Positions 50,387 to 61,007 of a DNA stretch of 64,000 nt are shown in pieces. The notes beneath the pieces were generated by a model that was not told the DNA's origin, ran no database searches, and saw only the letters and a program-made list of their open reading frames with translations. The DNA comes from Caldilineaceae bacterium (GTDB taxonomy: Bacteria > Chloroflexota > Anaerolineae > Caldilineales > Caldilineaceae), in NCBI GenBank assembly GCA_963664185.2, contig CAXXOQ010000143.1, positions 3,821 to 67,820 of the forward strand. Direction: 5' to 3'. The stretch's first letter is position 1; each line of letters opens with the position of its first letter. Position numbers and translations under genes: made by a program.

Positions 50387-51841
50387 TTATTCGTCGTCGT
50401 CCCGGCGTACGAATACGGAGATCAGACCTACCACGATGACCACCATCAGGATCACCGCCACAGCAAATACCAGGGGAGAGAAAGTGCCCAGGAACGGGAT
50501 TTCGACCGCTGGCATGTTGTCAAGATCGAAGGGCATTTCCAGATTCGCCAGGAACCCTTCGCGGGCGGGAGGAGGCGTGGGGGTAGGTTCGGCCACCGGT
50601 GCCTCTTCCCCGGGCGTATCTTCCGCCGCAGGGGTAGGCGTGGGTTGCGGGTCTGTGTCTGCTGCCGGCACGGGGGTAGGTGTCGGGGCTGCAGGCTCCG
50701 CCGCTGCCGGTTCCGTCTCATCGGGGGCTTCGGCGGTGTCCGCTACCGTCCGCAAAACCGGCTCGGGCAGGGGCTGGGACAGCAACGTGTCATAGCGGCC
50801 CAATGACTGAAAGGAATATCCCTGATCCGGGGAACGAATCACCCAGCCGGCATCGGTCCCCGCGTAAGCATATCCCTGCAGGCCTTCCAGAGTCCAAACC
50901 ACCCCGCGGTACGTTTGCTCATCCACCTGGGGTCGCAGCCACTGGTTGCCATTGCCCACCCAGAGACCGCGGCCGGTTCCCGCAACCAGCAACGTACCTT
51001 CCTGAAACAGGGCAAATACCGAAGCGTCCACCGGAAACCCGGGAGCCTGCGTCCAGTCGACGCCATTGACCGATCGCCAGAGGCCTGCCCCGACCAGGCC
51101 CGCATACAACGTATCCCGGTAGACCTCCAGACTGCGCACCAGCGTACCGTCTTCAAAGTTGCCCACCGGGTTCCAGGAATCGGAATCGGCATTCTGGGCA
51201 AAGATGCCGTCGTGGGTGCCAATGTACAGCGTCCCCCTGAACTCCGTGATCGTACGCACGCGCCGCGCACTCTGGGCTGGCGTATCGCTCAAGGACAGGC
51301 CGATGGCATTGATGACCCAGGACTCACCGTTGTCATAACTGGTCAGCACCCCATCCTGACGGGTACCGGCATGGAGAATGGAAAAGCCATCGACATTCTG
51401 GGCGTAAAGAACCCCAACGCCACTGTCACTGCCCAACCAGCTCAGGAAGACCGGCAATTCCTCAAAGCTGCGGCCCCCATCCAGGCTGCGAAACAGAAAG
51501 CCGGTGGCACCGTCACCGGCATAGACAATGGCGGGACTGACGATGTCATGTTCCACGGCCGCAATGCTCAGTCCCGCGGGTATACCGGTGGACCGGGTCC
51601 AGGAAACACCGCCGTCTTCGCTATAGTAAACCCCTGCTTCATCCGGCACATTGAGTGTGCCCACAACGATCCGGGCAGGATCATTGGGCGCAACGGACAG
51701 GGAAATGACAGCATTGGACGTGGGGGGAGCGCTCTGGGCCCAGCTGCGGGAAGGATGCAGTTCCCCCAGCACCAGGCACAGAATGAGAAACGGCAAACAC
51801 CATCCCCAGTTGCGGACACGAGCTACCACGCAGTGCTTCAT
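50387..51841 (-). CDS. Secreted BNR/Ycf48-like beta-propeller protein with a Pro/Thr/Ala/Glu-rich linker and a C-terminal TM anchor
   Basis: Signal peptide, repeated S-x-D-x-G-x-(S/T)-(W/F) motifs (SEDGGVSW, SLDGGRSF, SYDNGESW), a low-complexity linker, and the hydrophobic tail PLVFAVAVILMVVIVVGLISVFV. Confidence 0.6.
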   Translation of the reverse strand: MKHCVVARVRNWGWCLPFLILCLVLGELHPSRSWAQSAPPTSNAVISLSVAPNDPARIVVGTLNVPDEAGVYYSEDGGVSWTRSTGIPAGLSIAAVEHDIVSPAIVYAGDGATGFLFRSLDGGRSFEELPVFLSWLGSDSGVGVLYAQNVDGFSILHAGTRQDGVLTSYDNGESWVINAIGLSLSDTPAQSARRVRTITEFRGTLYIGTHDGIFAQNADSDSWNPVGNFEDGTLVRSLEVYRDTLYAGLVGAGLWRSVNGVDWTQAPGFPVDASVFALFQEGTLLVAGTGRGLWVGNGNQWLRPQVDEQTYRGVVWTLEGLQGYAYAGTDAGWVIRSPDQGYSFQSLGRYDTLLSQPLPEPVLRTVADTAEAPDETEPAAAEPAAPTPTPVPAADTDPQPTPTPAAEDTPGEEAPVAEPTPTPPPAREGFLANLEMPFDLDNMPAVEIPFLGTFSPLVFAVAVILMVVIVVGLISVFVRRDDDE

Positions 51842-52051
51842 TGCATTATCTCCCGCATTGCAAATCGGGCTTTATTGTCAACCAGAGGGATTCGGGCGGG
51901 GATGGCGTCTATCACAACCTGCCCGCAAACCCCCAGACCGGGTATCTATGCAATTTGATTATAGGCAATATCCGGCGTTTGGGCGAAACCCCGATTCCGG
52001 TTTCCCGTACTGCACCCTGACCGTGGGGAGCGGACTGCCGCCCAGGTTGGC

Positions 52052-53563
52052 CTAGAAGCCGAAACCCAGCAGCTGTTCGGAAGCGGTGGTGGCCCACTCC
52101 AGCAAAGGCGCCGGGAACAGGCCAATCCAGAAGACAATCAAAGTACACAATACCAGCACCGCGCCCATGCCGACCGGAATCGGGATGGGGGACGTGTCGG
52201 CCGGCCGACTCCCGAAGTACATGGCCCGGATCACGTTGATGTAGTAAAACGCGGCGATCCCGGCGTTGATCACACCGGCGCCCGCGAGCCAGAAATACTG
52301 CCGTTGCACGGCGGCCCCAAAGACAAAGAACTTGCCCCAAAAGCCGGCGGTGGCCGGGATGCCCGCCAAACTGAGCAGAAAGACGGTCAACATGAGGGCC
52401 AGGGCAGGCGAACGGGCAAAAAGGCCCTCGTAGACCGACAGCTGGGTGCTGCCCTGTCGCTCTTCCAGTACCATCACGACCAGAAAGGCCCCCACATTGG
52501 TGAACATGTAGGCGAACAGGTAAATCAGGATCCCGTTGATCCCGTCCATGTAGCTCTCGGTACCCGCGGCCAGGGCTGCGATGCCCATCAGAATATAGCC
52601 GGCATGCGCCACCGAACTGTAGGCCAGCATGCGTTTGACATCCCTTTGCCGCAGGGCCATGAGATTCCCCATGGTCATGGTCAGGATGCACAAACCTGCC
52701 AAAATGGGCACCCAGTTCACCAGCAGGTCGTTGAGCGCCACGACAAAGACCCGGGCTGTCACCGCCAACCCTACGGCTTTGGAGGCCGTAGACAGATAGA
52801 CCGTGACCGGTGTAGGCGCCCCGTCATAGGTATCGGGCGCCCACTGGAAGAACGGTGCCAGGGTGGCCTTGAAGCCCAGCCCGGCCATCACGAACATGGT
52901 AGCCGGCATCAGGCCCAGCACCAGTGCTTCCGTATCGCCTGCCTTGAGCAGTGCCGAAACCTCGTGCAGATTGAGGGTGCCCGTCGCGCCGTACACGAAG
53001 CTGATGCCGTACAGCATCGCCGCCGAGGCGACGGCACCGTACAGGAAATACTTGAGACCCGCCTCGGTACTGCGCTGGTTGTCGCGCAGAAAACCGGCCA
53101 GCAGATAGCTGGTGATCGACAGAAATTCAATCGCCACGTACAGCAACAGCAGGTTGTTTGCGCTCAGGGCCACACAGAGGGCCAGCGACACAAACACGAA
53201 GAAACTCCAGAATTCGCCGCGCCGCGCCGTGCGCTGATTCATGTAGTTGCCGCCGGCCAGGCCGATCAGGATCATCACCAGCAGCAGGGGCGCCTTCAGA
53301 AAGGCGGCAAACAGATCCATTTCCATCAGGTGCAGGGCGATGCGCGGCTGCTGCCCCACTTCCAGTTCGAAATAGGCGAAGGTCTGGAACAGGGCGGCGA
53401 CAAAGGCTCCGCCCAGGGTAAACAGGGCCAGAGTGGTATAGCCGCGTCCTTCATCCGTGTGGCCCCGCACCGCCACATCGATCAGGAATATGATCAGCCC
53501 CCCGACAAGCAGGATGATTTCAGGGACTAGCAGGCTGAACTGCTCCACAGGCCATTGCTCCAA
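52052..53563 (-). CDS. nuoN: NADH-quinone oxidoreductase subunit N
   Basis: 503 aa antiporter-like subunit, last gene of the minus-strand nuo operon. Confidence 0.9.
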   Translation of the reverse strand: MEQWPVEQFSLLVPEIILLVGGLIIFLIDVAVRGHTDEGRGYTTLALFTLGGAFVAALFQTFAYFELEVGQQPRIALHLMEMDLFAAFLKAPLLLVMILIGLAGGNYMNQRTARRGEFWSFFVFVSLALCVALSANNLLLLYVAIEFLSITSYLLAGFLRDNQRSTEAGLKYFLYGAVASAAMLYGISFVYGATGTLNLHEVSALLKAGDTEALVLGLMPATMFVMAGLGFKATLAPFFQWAPDTYDGAPTPVTVYLSTASKAVGLAVTARVFVVALNDLLVNWVPILAGLCILTMTMGNLMALRQRDVKRMLAYSSVAHAGYILMGIAALAAGTESYMDGINGILIYLFAYMFTNVGAFLVVMVLEERQGSTQLSVYEGLFARSPALALMLTVFLLSLAGIPATAGFWGKFFVFGAAVQRQYFWLAGAGVINAGIAAFYYINVIRAMYFGSRPADTSPIPIPVGMGAVLVLCTLIVFWIGLFPAPLLEWATTASEQLLGFGF

Positions 53564-53585
53564 TGCATGGGAAAAAGATAAGGCA

Positions 53586-55205
53586 TCAGGTCAGATTGGT
53601 TATGAATTCGATCAGCTGCATCGATGAGGCATTGAAGAAGGAAAGCAGCCAGGTCGGATAGATCCCGATGACCACCATGCCAATGACCAGAGGCCACAGC
53701 GTGATCTTTTCAAACAGGACCATATCCGTGGGGCCACTCGTGTGCTGGCCGTCCACGGTAGTCCAGTGCTCCAGCCGTTCCGCATCGTATTCGCCCAGGA
53801 ACACGTTCTGGAGAATGCGCCACAGGATGTAGACCGCAGTCATGACAATGCCGATGGTGCCAAATGCCGCCCAGACCGGCACAATGGCGAAGGCGCCGCG
53901 GAACGTGAAGAATTCCGCCCAGAATCCGGCCAGGCCGGGCAGGCCCAGACTGGCAAACGCGGTCACCATCATGATCCCATAGAAATAGGGAGTCTTGGCA
54001 CTCAGGCCCCCGAACTTGGACAGATCGCGGGTATGGGCGCGCTCGTAAATGATCCCGACCAGCAGGAAGAGCGCGCCGGTGATGATGCCATGGTTGAACA
54101 TCTGGAGCGTGGCGCCATTGAGGGCCATCACCGCACTGTCATAGACTCCGGACGCCGGAAGGGTCCCACCCATCTTTTCCGTGACCTTCTGCAAGCCTTC
54201 CGGCGTAAGCACCAGGGACGCGGCGCCTATGCCCAGCATGACATACCCCATGTGGCTCACGGAACTGTAGGCGATAAGCCGTTTCAGATCCCGCTGGGCC
54301 ACACAGACAAAGGCGCCGTAGACAATGGCGATGGCGCCGACCGCAATGACGACGGGTGCCCAGAACTGGCTGGCTTCCGGATAGGTCGGCAGAATGATGC
54401 GCAGAAAGCCGTAGGCGCCCAGCTTGAGCAGGACACCGGCCAGGATCACACTGCCGGCCGTGGGGGCCTCGGTATGGGCATCCGGCAACCAGGTATGGAA
54501 GGGGAAACTCGGCACCTTGAACGAGAAGCCCAGGAAGAAGCCCCAGAAGGCGAGACTGCCCAGCAGGATGCGCGTATCATAGTCCAACTGCACGAAAGGC
54601 TGGGCCTGGGCGGCATTCAGGATGTCAAATGTGCCTGTCGCCAGATACGTGATCAGGATCGCCAGCAGCATGGCGACGGACCCGACCAGGGTGTAGATGA
54701 AGAACTTGATGGAGGCGTAGCTGCGGTTTTCTCCGCCCCAAATGCCGATGAGGAGGTACATGGGCACCAGGCTCACTTCCCAGAAGAGGTAGAAGAGCAC
54801 ATAGTCCAGGGCCATGAAGACGCCCAGCATGCTCAGTTCCAGCAGGTGGAACATCACGAAATATTCCCGCACCCGGGTGCGGATCGTGCGGGCACTGTAA
54901 TAGATGCTCAGGGTGGAGAGCAGGGTGGTCAGGAAGATCAGGGGCAGGCTCAGGCCATCCGCACCCAGCCGGAAACTGGAGTTGAGTACCGGAATCCAGG
55001 GCGCGGTGATCTCGAACTGCATGCCCCCCAGTTCCCGATCATAGGTGAAGAGCAACACGACACTGAGGATCAGGGGGACCAGGCTCGCCAGGATGGAAAC
55101 CCGGCGAATGGACTGGTCGCTGCGACAGAACAGCATGACCCAGATCCCGGCCACGAGGGGGAAAAACAGGGTTGCAAACAATGCCACCTGGCTCGAATTG
55201 GCCAT
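53586..55205 (-). CDS. nuoM: NADH-quinone oxidoreductase subunit M
   Basis: 539 aa ORF with NuoM-type motifs (FHTWLPDAHTEAPTAGSV). Confidence 0.9.
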   Translation of the reverse strand: MANSSQVALFATLFFPLVAGIWVMLFCRSDQSIRRVSILASLVPLILSVVLLFTYDRELGGMQFEITAPWIPVLNSSFRLGADGLSLPLIFLTTLLSTLSIYYSARTIRTRVREYFVMFHLLELSMLGVFMALDYVLFYLFWEVSLVPMYLLIGIWGGENRSYASIKFFIYTLVGSVAMLLAILITYLATGTFDILNAAQAQPFVQLDYDTRILLGSLAFWGFFLGFSFKVPSFPFHTWLPDAHTEAPTAGSVILAGVLLKLGAYGFLRIILPTYPEASQFWAPVVIAVGAIAIVYGAFVCVAQRDLKRLIAYSSVSHMGYVMLGIGAASLVLTPEGLQKVTEKMGGTLPASGVYDSAVMALNGATLQMFNHGIITGALFLLVGIIYERAHTRDLSKFGGLSAKTPYFYGIMMVTAFASLGLPGLAGFWAEFFTFRGAFAIVPVWAAFGTIGIVMTAVYILWRILQNVFLGEYDAERLEHWTTVDGQHTSGPTDMVLFEKITLWPLVIGMVVIGIYPTWLLSFFNASSMQLIEFITNLT

Positions 55206-55249
55206 GGGCCCGGACCTCCTACCTAACCTCGACTCGATTCAAAAGCTGT

Positions 55250-57466
55250 CTAAACCAGCGTCAATACGATCGGCATGCCGACCAGTGCGATCCAGATCGA
55301 CAGCACCGTGAGGGCGATCACCAGATACGCCTGCACCTTGCCATCCTGCAGGCGTGTGAGCACACCGCCACTCCAGTGCATCAGCTTGCCAATCAGATTG
55401 ACAATGCCATCCACCAGCAGGGCATCCGCAGCGGCGGCCAGTGCTGCGATCCAGACGCCCATGCGGCCAATCCAGTTCACCAGCGGATCAATGATCCAGG
55501 TGGCGTCCACATCGGCAAAGAACGCGGCCGCATTGCGGCTCCAGCGCACCACCGTAGCATCGTACAGTTCGTCCACAAAATACTTGCGATGCCAAATCTG
55601 CCAGAGCGCGCCGAAGGCATCCACCAGGGGATCCGTCTTGCCCGCCGGCAGGCCCCGGCCATACACGATCCATCCCAGGGCCAGGCCGCCCAGGGCGACC
55701 AGCACCGACACCAGCAGCGGAATCAGGTTGAACTCCGGATGCAGGACATGAATGTGGATGACTTCCATGAAGGGTTCCAGATAATGCCCCAGCCAGTTGG
55801 GCACCAGGTTGCCCAGTACCGGGAACGTGCCGGGAATCCCAATCCAGCCCAGCGTGATGGCAAAAAAACTGATCAGCACCAGCGGCACCGTCATGCTGCG
55901 GGTGCTTTCGGAGGCATGTTCGGCCATGGCCGTACGGGGCTGGCCATAGAAGGTCAGCGCTATCTGGCGCATGGTATAGAACGCGGTCAGGAAGGCGGAC
56001 AGCGCCAGGACGACAAACACCACACCATGGCCGGCGAAAGCCGAGGCCAGAATTTCATCCTTGGACCAGAAACCGGCGGTGATCAGCGGGAACCCGCTCA
56101 GGGCCAGTCCCCCTATGATGAAGGTATAGCCGGTCACGGGCATGTGCCGCAGCAAGCCGCCCATGTTGCGCATATCCTGGGGATCGTTCGGATCCAGCAC
56201 ACCGTCCTTGCGATGTACCGGTCCCGCTTCATGGCCGTTGTGATGACCGTCTTCCCCGTGGCCATGGGCATGCTCATGGCCGTGTTCCATGCCGTGGATC
56301 ACACTGCCGGAGCCGAGGAACAGCAGGGCCTTGAAAAAGGCATGCGTGAGCAAGTGGAACAGGGCGGCCACGTACGCGCCGATGCCCAGGGCCGCCACCA
56401 TATAGCCCAGCTGGCTGATGGTGGAGTAGGCGAGCACACGCTTGATGTCCCATTGGGTCAGGGCAATCGTGGCGGCAAAGAGGGCCGTGAAGGCCCCCAC
56501 CGCCGCCATCACGGTCATGGTCGCGGAGGTAATCGTCAGCGCCCGATCATAGAGGGGATACAGCCGCACCAGCAGGAAAACGCCTGCCGACACCATGGTG
56601 GCCGCATGGATCATGGCCGACACGGGGGTGGGCCCCTCCATGGCGTCGGGCAACCAGATGTGGAGCGGGAACTGGGCACTCTTGCCAATGGTGCCGCAGA
56701 AAATCAGGAAGGTGACAATCGACAGCCAGGTGAATTCCCGGAATCCCAGATTGGCGTAGGTATTGCTGAGTTCCAGCAGGTTGGTGTCGCTGAACAGGAC
56801 ACCGAAGTCCAGCGAACTGGGATGGCTCTGGATGTACAGCAAAATCAGGCCGGCGAACATCAGGGCATCCCCGATACGGGTGGTGACGAACGCCTTGAAG
56901 GCGGCCCGTTTGGCACTTTCCTTCTCGAACCAGAAACCGATCAGCAGATAGCTGCACAGCCCCATGATTTCCCAGAACACGAAGAACGTGATCAGGTTGT
57001 TGGACGTAACCAGGCCCAGCATGCCGGTGGCGAACAGGGAAATGTAGGCAAAGAACCGGCTGTAGCGCGGATCCTTGTGTTCCGCGTGGGCTTCCGGATA
57101 GGCTTCCGGCTTCAGGTGGGGGGGAAAGGTCATGTAGCCCCTGGAGTAGATGAAAATCATGACCAGGAGAAACGTCACCATGAACAGCATGAGGGCATTG
57201 GCCGGATCCAGGGCCCAGCCAATGTGGATGGCGGACGCGCCCGTCGGGATCCGGAACAGCGTTTCGTACAGGGGATGTTCCGCCAGATGATGATCCAGGA
57301 AGGCCGTGAAGGCCACGCCCCAGCCCAGCACCAGGCTGACCAGAACCCCGCCAATGGCGATGGACGCACTGAGGACCTTGTTGGAATTGGTGAACAGAAT
57401 GATCAGGACAAACGCCAGGGCCGGCGGCACGGCGATGAACCAGGTCAGGTCATAGAGTGCAGTCAT
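55250..57466 (-). CDS. nuoL: NADH-quinone oxidoreductase subunit L (738 aa, with a His-rich insertion)
   Basis: [43 protein letters not shown], and the long C-terminal lateral-helix region. Confidence 0.9.
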   Translation of the reverse strand: MTALYDLTWFIAVPPALAFVLIILFTNSNKVLSASIAIGGVLVSLVLGWGVAFTAFLDHHLAEHPLYETLFRIPTGASAIHIGWALDPANALMLFMVTFLLVMIFIYSRGYMTFPPHLKPEAYPEAHAEHKDPRYSRFFAYISLFATGMLGLVTSNNLITFFVFWEIMGLCSYLLIGFWFEKESAKRAAFKAFVTTRIGDALMFAGLILLYIQSHPSSLDFGVLFSDTNLLELSNTYANLGFREFTWLSIVTFLIFCGTIGKSAQFPLHIWLPDAMEGPTPVSAMIHAATMVSAGVFLLVRLYPLYDRALTITSATMTVMAAVGAFTALFAATIALTQWDIKRVLAYSTISQLGYMVAALGIGAYVAALFHLLTHAFFKALLFLGSGSVIHGMEHGHEHAHGHGEDGHHNGHEAGPVHRKDGVLDPNDPQDMRNMGGLLRHMPVTGYTFIIGGLALSGFPLITAGFWSKDEILASAFAGHGVVFVVLALSAFLTAFYTMRQIALTFYGQPRTAMAEHASESTRSMTVPLVLISFFAITLGWIGIPGTFPVLGNLVPNWLGHYLEPFMEVIHIHVLHPEFNLIPLLVSVLVALGGLALGWIVYGRGLPAGKTDPLVDAFGALWQIWHRKYFVDELYDATVVRWSRNAAAFFADVDATWIIDPLVNWIGRMGVWIAALAAAADALLVDGIVNLIGKLMHWSGGVLTRLQDGKVQAYLVIALTVLSIWIALVGMPIVLTLV

Positions 57467-57879
57467 GTTGCGCCATCAGAAGAAATATTGCGGGGGCGAG
57501 ACAGCTCCGCAGAAGACTTGAACGAGAAGGGAAAGTGCGCCCTGCGCAGGCCGGTGTAGCCCAGGTAGCCCCCTACCAGTCCCAGGATGCCAACCCCTAT
57601 GATCAGCAGGTCATGGGTTACGCCTGCCGTGCGTGCCAAGGTCGCAAACAGGACTCCAGAGACCAGGCCCACGAGGATCATGCGGCGCTGCTCCCGCTTT
57701 TGGCCCTGCAGCTGGACCAGTAGGGCGGGCACATCCCGGTAATCAGGGCGGTGTTTGGCCACTTCCCGGAGGGCGTACAGGGCGCCTGCATAATTGCCTT
57801 GCGCCATCTTGTCCCGTGCCAGATCATAGAGAAAGGCACACTGTTCATCCAGAGACCCTTCCAGCATTTTCTTGGCCAT
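57463..57879 (-). CDS. Hypothetical small membrane protein (TPR-like N-terminal helices plus 2 TM) embedded between nuoK and nuoL
   Basis: 138 aa ORF. Its ATG is 8 nt after the nuoK stop, and its TGA overlaps the nuoL ATG (ATGA at 57463-57466). The hydrophobic segments are [16 protein letters not shown] and [18 protein letters not shown]. Confidence 0.6.
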   Translation of the reverse strand: MAKKMLEGSLDEQCAFLYDLARDKMAQGNYAGALYALREVAKHRPDYRDVPALLVQLQGQKREQRRMILVGLVSGVLFATLARTAGVTHDLLIIGVGILGLVGGYLGYTGLRRAHFPFSFKSSAELSRPRNISSDGAT

Positions 57880-57887
57880 GATCCGAC

Positions 57888-58199
57888 TCAGCCCTGCAAC
57901 ATGTCGATTTCGTCCAGGTTCACGGTTTGGCGTGACCGGTAGATGGCGATGATCAGGGCCAGGCCCACAGCGACCTCGGCCGCCGCTACCGCAATGACGA
58001 AGATGGCGAAGGTCTGGCCGGCCAAATCGGCCCGGTTCGGCCCATAGCGCCAGAAAGCCACCAGATTGATGTTGACGGCATTCAGCATCAACTCAATGGC
58101 CATCAGCATCGCGATGGCATTGCGCCTCACCAGCGCCCCGTAAAAGCCGCAACAGAACAGAAATGCGGCCAGCACCAGGTAAGCCTGCAGCGGAACCAT
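57888..58199 (-). CDS. nuoK: NADH-quinone oxidoreductase subunit K
   Basis: 103 aa ORF with 3 TM helices and the [10 protein letters not shown] motif. Confidence 0.9.
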   Translation of the reverse strand: MVPLQAYLVLAAFLFCCGFYGALVRRNAIAMLMAIELMLNAVNINLVAFWRYGPNRADLAGQTFAIFVIAVAAAEVAVGLALIIAIYRSRQTVNLDEIDMLQG

Positions 58200-58222
58200 G
58201 AACGGAATCGTCCTCCCTTGCC

Positions 58223-58753
58223 CTATTCGTCGTCCCGGGCCAGCATAACTGCGCCCACCAGGGCGATCAGCAAGAGCAGGCCAATCAATTCCAGTGCCAC
58301 GCCATAGGTCGAGACAAAGTTCCAGCCCAGATCGGCAATCAGGGATTCGTCCGCTTCCAGGGCGGTATCGCCCATGCTCCAGGGAACCCGGTCCACGACA
58401 CCGGCCAGCATGAGGAACAGGAGCAGGGAAACGGACATGACGGCAAACAGGTGCCGGTTGTTGGTGGCCGTAGCCCCAAACATAATGCCCTTCGTCAGCA
58501 TGATGGCAAAGGTGATCAGGGTAGCGATCGCGCCCACATACACCAGGACCTGGGTCACAGCCAGGAACTCGGCTTCCAGCAATACGTAGATGCCGGCCAC
58601 GCCAAAGAGGGTGGCCACCAGGGCCAGGGCGGCGTAGAACAGGTTGCGACAGGTCACAACCAGGATACCGGCCACGGCTGTCATCAGGGCTACGGCCCCG
58701 AAAACCGCCTGCTGGACAGTAGGAATGGGGATCTCAACGGGCAAGGGGGGCAT
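58223..58753 (-). CDS. nuoJ: NADH-quinone oxidoreductase subunit J
   Basis: 176 aa ORF with the NuoJ-like [18 protein letters not shown] motif. Confidence 0.9.
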   Translation of the reverse strand: MPPLPVEIPIPTVQQAVFGAVALMTAVAGILVVTCRNLFYAALALVATLFGVAGIYVLLEAEFLAVTQVLVYVGAIATLITFAIMLTKGIMFGATATNNRHLFAVMSVSLLLFLMLAGVVDRVPWSMGDTALEADESLIADLGWNFVSTYGVALELIGLLLLIALVGAVMLARDDE

Positions 58754-58783
58754 AACGGCAGAATGGTGGCAGAGAGGGAAAGG

Positions 58784-59995
58784 TCAGTTCTCGACCGCAG
58801 GCTTCATGGTGCCAATCAGGGAATCAGGGGTAAAGGCGCGCTTGGGGCGCACCATGTCCTGCTTCAGGTGTTTGCCGATCGCGCTGAGCGCGATGCCAAT
58901 CACGACGATATTGCCCACCAGAATGGCGATGTGGATGAAAGCGGTATCCCAGGGCAGCACCTGAATGATCATTTGCCAGGAAAGCAGGCCCACAGTGAGG
59001 GGTACCAGCATTTTCCAGCAGAAGGACATCATCTGGTCCACCCGGAGGCGGGGAAATGTACCCCGCACCCAGATCTGCAACAGGTACACCAGGAACGTCT
59101 TGCCCACAAAGTAGGCGGCCCCCAGCCAGGGACCGATGCCAGGCAATTCCACGCCGGGGCCGTTCCAACCTCCCAGGAAAAGCACCGCGGTCACGGCCGC
59201 CAGGACAAAGCCGTTCAGGAACTGGGCCAGGAAGAACATGGCAAAGCGCATACCCGAGTATTCAATGTGAAAACCGGCAATCAGTTCCGATTCGGCTTCC
59301 AGCAAATCAAAGGGGGTCTGCTCCGACTCCGCCAGGGAGCACATAAAGAAGATGAGGGCAGCGCCGGGCATGATAAAGATGTACCAGCCCAGGCCCAGAA
59401 AGTGGCCTTGCGCCGCGGCGAGCGTGCTGAGTTTCATGGAACCCGCGACCAGCACCACGGCCAGCATGCTCAGGACCAGGGGAATCTCATAACTGAGCAG
59501 TTGGGCCACGACCCGGAAACCGGACAGCAGGGCGTACTTGTTGTTGCTGCCCCAGCCGGCCATGAGGGCCGCCATGATGCCTATGGAACCCAGGGCCACG
59601 ATATACAGTACGCCCACATTCAGGTCGGCGCCCACCAGGCCCGGTGTGATCGGGATGACCGCAAACAGCAGAATGATGCCGAAGACCGACAGGACCGGTG
59701 CCAGATTGTAGGCGATAAAGTCGGCGTTGCTGGGCGTAATGGTTTCCTTGGACACCAGCTTGAGGGCATCCGCCAGGGTCTGCAGCAAACCGAAAGGCCC
59801 CACCCGATTGGGGCCAATGCGATCCTGTATGCGGCTGATCACCTTGCGCAGCAGCCAGATCAGGACCAGGGCGATCAGAGGGGCCACCAGCCCAATGGCC
59901 GTCGCCCCCACGACCAGGGCCACAGCCGATGCAATCCCTTCCGGCAAGCCTGCGTTCGTCAGGGATTCAGTGAGCACAAAGTACCATTCAGCCAA
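58784..59995 (-). CDS. nuoH: NADH-quinone oxidoreductase subunit H
   Basis: 403 aa ORF with [31 protein letters not shown] and the E-x-E-L-x-x-G-F motif. Confidence 0.9.
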   Translation of the reverse strand: MAEWYFVLTESLTNAGLPEGIASAVALVVGATAIGLVAPLIALVLIWLLRKVISRIQDRIGPNRVGPFGLLQTLADALKLVSKETITPSNADFIAYNLAPVLSVFGIILLFAVIPITPGLVGADLNVGVLYIVALGSIGIMAALMAGWGSNNKYALLSGFRVVAQLLSYEIPLVLSMLAVVLVAGSMKLSTLAAAQGHFLGLGWYIFIMPGAALIFFMCSLAESEQTPFDLLEAESELIAGFHIEYSGMRFAMFFLAQFLNGFVLAAVTAVLFLGGWNGPGVELPGIGPWLGAAYFVGKTFLVYLLQIWVRGTFPRLRVDQMMSFCWKMLVPLTVGLLSWQMIIQVLPWDTAFIHIAILVGNIVVIGIALSAIGKHLKQDMVRPKRAFTPDSLIGTMKPAVEN

Positions 59996-60026
59996 GATGC
60001 AAGTCCCCAGAAATATCTGTATCAGT

Positions 60027-60389
60027 CTACTGCCATTCCAGTCCGCCCTTGCGCCAATCGTAGATCAGGCCCACGATCAGCAGGAGCATAAAGAACAGCG
60101 TAACCAATGCAGCCGCCAGGCCAAACTCGGGACGGCCGTATGCCAGGGCAATGGGAAAGAGGAATATGACTTCCAGATCGAACACCAGGAAGACGAGGCC
60201 AATCAGGTAGAACTGCGCCCTGAACTGGATCCATGTATCGCCAATGGTGTTGAGACCACTTTCGTAGATGTCGTTCTTGACGGGATCGGGTTTGCGCGGC
60301 CCCAGAATCCAGCCAGCGACGATGGAAACCAAAGGCAGAACGATCCCCAAACCACTCAGAATCAGGATGAATGCGTAGTTGACCAGCAT
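60027..60389 (-). CDS. nuoA: NADH-quinone oxidoreductase subunit A (copy heading the membrane-arm operon)
   Basis: 120 aa from the ATG at 60389, with [17 protein letters not shown] and [10 protein letters not shown] motifs. Confidence 0.85.
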   Translation of the reverse strand: MLVNYAFILILSGLGIVLPLVSIVAGWILGPRKPDPVKNDIYESGLNTIGDTWIQFRAQFYLIGLVFLVFDLEVIFLFPIALAYGRPEFGLAAALVTLFFMLLLIVGLIYDWRKGGLEWQ

Positions 60390-60587
60390 GGGCTCCCAAC
60401 CCTTTCCGGAAACCTGCGACCTGTCGTGCCAAAGCCAAACACTGCTGTTTCCGGAGTCCCAACAAAATCCCCCTGGTGGGAGGATCAGGATCGGCGGACA
60501 CAACAATGTGCAGTGTAGCACACAGCATAGCCTGTCCCAAGAAATACGGGCAGGACAAGTGCCATGTCGGAGCCGGCAGACCCAAAG

Positions 60588-60745
60588 GCCGGAATCCGTC
60601 ATTTCCGGCCGGATTTCCTCCGCCTGCGGTCCTGGCACCTGCCGAAAGAGTATGGGCCCAACACTTTACCCCCGCCGGCTGATGGCCGGGGGTATCAGCA
60701 GGGGCACCCGGCAGACAGGCCAAATTCCGGATTTCCGGCTCCGGG
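60588..60745. promoter_or_regulatory. Cluster of TTCCGG / CCGGAA(T) motifs in the divergent nuo intergenic region (possible operator sites)
   Basis: GGCCGGAATCCGTCATTTCCGGCCGGATTTCC at 60588-60619 and AATTCCGGATTTCCGGCTCCGG at 60723-60744, read directly. Any function is inferred only from position. Confidence 0.25.
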
Positions 60746-60753
60746 TATGGCAT

Positions 60754-60826
60754 GGACGGCAACGCTTGCCCGCGGGCGCGGGCACCATACGCCAAGACCG
60801 GGATACACAGGGACGGCAAGGCTTGC
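60754..60826. repeat. Direct repeat GGACGGCAA(C/G)GCTTGC, two copies 57 bp apart
   Basis: Copies at 60754-60769 and 60811-60826 differ at one base, and the flanks are also partly similar. Confidence 0.6.
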
Positions 60827-60921
60827 GCGGTGTGATCCTGATCGCATAGAAGTGGAAAGTGGAATTCGGATAGAGTACAATTTGCCGTAGGGATTCCTGT
60901 AGGACACTATATCTCGGATAC

Positions 60922-60927
60922 TATAAT
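60922..60927 (+). promoter_or_regulatory. Candidate -10 box (TATAAT) for the plus-strand nuoA-B-CD-E operon
   Basis: Perfect TATAAT in the only AT-rich stretch of the intergenic region, about 80 nt upstream of the nuoA ATG (61008). I found no convincing -35 element. Confidence 0.25.
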
Positions 60928-61007
60928 CCAACAGGGTTGCTCATTCATCCTCCCACAAGACGGTTTTGGATGGTCCCTGCAGCCTTGGTGTACCCCCGAC
61001 CTGGATC

